DNA of 62,931 bases, filler included, from Lenisia limosa (lineage: Eukaryota; Protista; Breviatea), in NCBI GenBank assembly GCA_001655205.1. It is 16 parts of 16 records of this genome, joined end to end, with 100 filler letters (N's around TTAATTAATTAA, not from the genome) between each part and the next. Parts side by side here need not be neighbours in the genome. Positions count along the whole stretch, not along the records: positions 59,737 to 62,931 come from LPNZ01000683.1; 15 more parts are not named here. One strand, written 5' to 3'. The translations under genes and the position numbers were made by a program. Shown in pieces: positions 59,791-62,931 of the stretch. The notes under the pieces are model-generated. The model was not told the DNA's origin and ran no database searches. It was given only the letters and a program-made list of their open reading frames with translations. Each line of letters begins with the position of its first letter. Position 1 is the stretch's first letter.

Positions 59791-62700
59791 GTGGCTAATG
59801 CCATGTTTCGGGCCATTGGAGTTATGACGGGCAAGCCGCTTGAGGAGCTGGTGTTTGTCGGAACACGCAATATGCCGCAAAGACCCGACTTGATTGACTT
59901 CAATTGTAGGGTTTTTAGCCTTTTTATTTGCTCAGTTTGTCACATTTAACCATCAAACTATTGAACATGAAATATAGATGGCAAAATATATCAAATTAGA
60001 GACAATGAATGTTTCAGGATATATTCATTAACCTAATCATTTACCTTACAACACTTTACACACAGCTTTCTGCGCACATCCATTGCACAATCACCACCAC
60101 CATTCAAAATTACACAAAATAGTCAACAAACTTCAAGAAAGCTTGGAATTCATTTTGCAATACCTTAACTTTCGCAGTTATCAGCTTCATCGAATCCAAT
60201 ATGTACATCTTCATCTTGCAACTTCTTCTTCCCGTCTTTATCAGCACACTGGTCTATGATAAGGAATTCAGACTTCTTGACATTATGAAGATGATGGGTC
60301 TCAGATCGGTATGCTGGTTGTAGGGCTTCACTTCGGTTCGGAAAAACACTAAATTTGTCTATAAATCCTCGAAAGCTATCGATAGCTTACCGGTCTTTTT
60401 CAACCAGAGTGAAGTTCTAGTTACCGGTCTTTTCCAACCAGAGTGAAGTGTTCTAGTTGTTTGGCGTTTGTTTGAGAGCTAGAATTATCATAGCAAATAA
60501 TATAGTATACGATTGCGCTGTGGGGGTCTTTTTATGAGCAAGAGTATAAGACATTAAATACAGTCCAAGTATATGTAGATGGGGACACCAAAGAACAAAT
60601 CACCATGACCGCCTGCCTTTTCTTTCATAAGTTTGTTTTTTTAGAACTGGGGCCCAGAATTTTAATAACATTTTATTTTTCAATCACCTGACCGTTTTAG
60701 AGCGTTTACTGGGTGCAAATGTTCAGCTTCTTCCTTTTCCTCTACTCCATTTCAATTGCTGTTCTCTGGGCTTTGGCCGCCCAACTTGAGTTCCAGTATG
60801 CGCGCATGAACTTGAAGTGTATTCATATTTGTATTTAATTATTATGCTCATATTTGTATTATTGCTTGAGTTCAAGTATGAACACTGCTTCATAAAGTTG
60901 GAGATTTTACATTATTCTTCTGATCCCATATCCTTGTCAAGATTTATAGTGGTCACTGTATTTCGCCTAACTCCTTCAGCTTCTGGACCCTCAACAGCCC
61001 ACTTGTCATCTTCGTTCTCCTCGCTCTTTGGGGATGTGTCATGATCACCTTCTCAATCTTCTTCTCGTAGGAGGTTTTAATTGATGCTCTTGTTATCGTG
61101 TTAGGGCTTCCATACGGTCCGAAAACGACCGGTGAAATATCGATATTTATCGAGGATTTATCGAGAAATTCAGTTTTTTGGGACCGTAGGGAAGCCCTAA
61201 TTAGCGTATTGCAGGAAATACGTACAGTGACCGGGATAATTTTTGACCGATTTGCTCTATAATTATTGACCGATTTGCTCAATCGGTCATATTATGCGAA
61301 GTTGTTTTTGTAGGAGAATGTCTGGGTGCTGAGTAGGTGTGGATTAGATACTACTAAGGCTTCACTTCGGTTTGGGAAGATCTCGATAGTTTTCGAGGAT
61401 TTATCGAGATATTCAGTCTTTTTTCGAACCAAAGTGAAATATTTCCCGTTTTTATTTCTCCTCTTTGCTTCTAACTTCAGTCACACCAGTCTCACATTCA
61501 GACTCTTCATGAATAACGCACGCACTGCTATGGTGTGTGGCTACCTCATTGTCTTTGCTATGTCTATCCTGGCCAATAACTTGATCTACCAGTACTACAG
61601 TGAATCTAGGTAAGCAATGCAAATGGTAATCTGTCCTTTTTATCCTTTTTACGGTCCATAATCCTTACTCTATGCAATTAATTTTTTACACAATTTGAAA
61701 TTAAAGTGTCTGAAATGGAGTTCCTATTATTCCAAATCTTGAAATTGATTTTTTTTTTTATTAATTACACGGAGTACAAAAAATCCCCAAGTTAGAACTT
61801 TTGCTTCTACTTTCTTGACTATCGTTGCAAAATTTCAGCATTAGCAGTATTTTGGACCTTCGCTCCAACCTGAAAATGACTCAATTTCTCGATAAATCCT
61901 CGAAAAATACCGATATTGTACTAATCTTGCTACTGAAGTGAAGCCCAAGTTCTACTTTAACTGTTCAGCACGCCTGACCTTGTAATCTTCGGTACAATGG
62001 CAGTTCCACCATTCGCACTTTTTAGGGGCCTTCTGATCCTCTCGGATAACGTAGGTTTAGCACTTTTTGAAAGCAGGAAAATACAGTAAAAGTCTAAAGA
62101 GACAAAAACAATACATATGCCGTATTATCTTGTTCCTAAAATAACCGCTCTTATTTCACCCCAATTCACCAACAGGTGGTTAACGGCGGAACAGGTCTGC
62201 AGTGGAAGGACATTTCTTCCCCCGATGTTAAGATGAACGAGGTTGGCTGGTGTATTTATTAAAGCCAGTTTTATTCACGTTTTTATGAGAGCTCCACTTT
62301 TGTTTTATTAGGGCTCCACTTCCAGTTCCAAAAAAGACTGAATTTCTCGATGAATCCTCCATAAATATCGATATTTTCTCAGACTTTTGGAACCGAAAGT
62401 GAGGCTCTGGTATTTATTGCTCCCCGCAGTATTTCTAAAATGAATGGATTTCTCGTGGACTGCCTGAGTCCAGACACGGATCTTTAGCTTCATATATTTT
62501 TGAGCCAATCTTGTCATGACTTAAGGCAGTGTATACATGTTGTATTTTTTGAACTCTATCACTTATGAGAGCAAGAATATTCTACGTTAGATAAAACCGG
62601 GGGGGTTTTTTTGTGTGAAAAAGAATGTAAATGTATCAATAATTAAGGAAGAAAAATACAAATCATGCACATTCTGTACAGAGGGAAACAACGAACAATA

Positions 62701-62846
62701 ATCTGCGATTTACCATTTACAGGTCTTCGTAGCACTTCTCTCCGAGACCCTCGTGCTTCTTATCTTGTCGTGGTATATCAGCATCGTCACTAACAAGAAT
62801 AACAACCATGGATACTTCTTCTTCTTCACGAAGCGCTATTGGAAGG
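59791..62846 (+). CDS. ABC transporter subfamily A, first transmembrane domain fragment
   Basis: LLLPVFISTLVYDKEFRLLDIMKMMGLRS|SVYWVQMFSFFLFLY.., AVPPFALFRGLLIL, GTGLQWKDIS..KMNE|VFVALLSETLVLLILSWYI. This is the ABCA V.EKE..L..MMKMMGL signature. Confidence 0.88.
60321..60456. mobile_element. MITE family 1 copy with a duplicated right arm
   Basis: TAGGGCTTCACTTCGGTTCG ... CAACCAGAGTGAAGTTCTAG, then a second TTACCGGTCTTTTCCAACCAGAGTGAAGTGTTCTAG. Confidence 0.7.
61102..61199. mobile_element. MITE family 1 copy (type B, best preserved)
   Basis: TAGGGCTTCCATACGGTCCGAAAA ... TTTTGGGACCGTAGGGAAGCCCTA. Confidence 0.8.
61355..61439. mobile_element. MITE family 1 copy (type A)
   Basis: TAAGGCTTCACTTCGGTTTG ... 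TTCGAACCAAAGTGAA. Confidence 0.65.
62309..62408. mobile_element. MITE family 1 copy (type A')
   Basis: TAGGGCTCCACTTCCAGTTCC ... GGAACCGAAAGTGAGGCTCT. Further partial or decayed copies start at about 4591, 26542, 26625, 36638, 39319, 42553, 45848, 46072, 46611, 55781 and 61853. Confidence 0.7.
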
Positions 62847-62931
62847 GTTGGTGATGATGATCTTGAGATTGGAAGGGTTGGTGATGTTGGTCAAGAGTGG
62901 ATTGTTTGGGTGAGATCGTGGGGACATAGAG

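Noticed and set aside
30616-62408. Palindromic repeats read as a CRISPR array or REP elements
   Set aside because: They are dispersed, about 95 bp long, lack regular spacers and cas genes, and sit in spliceosomal introns.
1-62931. rRNA, tRNA, snRNA genes, transposase or RT ORFs, viral genes
   Set aside because: None was recognised by eye. tRNAscan-SE, Infernal and unmasked sequence would be needed to exclude small RNAs.

Overview
Eukaryotic, intron-rich genomic DNA, most likely from a flagellated protist (it has axonemal dynein and CCDC33; the lineage cannot be fixed from this window). It is not one continuous locus. Fifteen artificial 100-bp spacers (44 N + TTAATTAATTAA + 44 N) join 16 contigs of about 1.4-14 kb, and the other N-runs look like hard-masked low-complexity sequence. 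By splicing GT-AG exons by eye I recover mostly partial genes: a FAM13-motif coiled-coil protein, a PACS-like protein, an axonemal dynein fragment, CCDC33-like, a FYVE-less LST2/ZFYVE28-like protein, PIF1, three ankyrin-repeat fragments, RBBP5, an Ig-like surface protein, a dynein heavy chain with destroyed AAA1 Walker A and B, a KP-43-type subtilase, a TPR protein, two C1q/TNF-like genes, XPO1 and an ABCA transporter. The most unusual signals are non-coding. (1) A dispersed repeat family lies in sense orientation at the 3' splice site of at least 14 introns in unrelated genes and supplies their C-tract and AG. (2) Long introns tend to start with G-runs and end with C-runs. (3) There are about 24 copies of a ~95-bp TA-flanked palindromic MITE whose subfamilies co-vary in both arms. 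No rRNA, tRNA, CRISPR array or transposase was seen. Exon boundaries and family calls come from manual translation and remembered motifs, not database searches.
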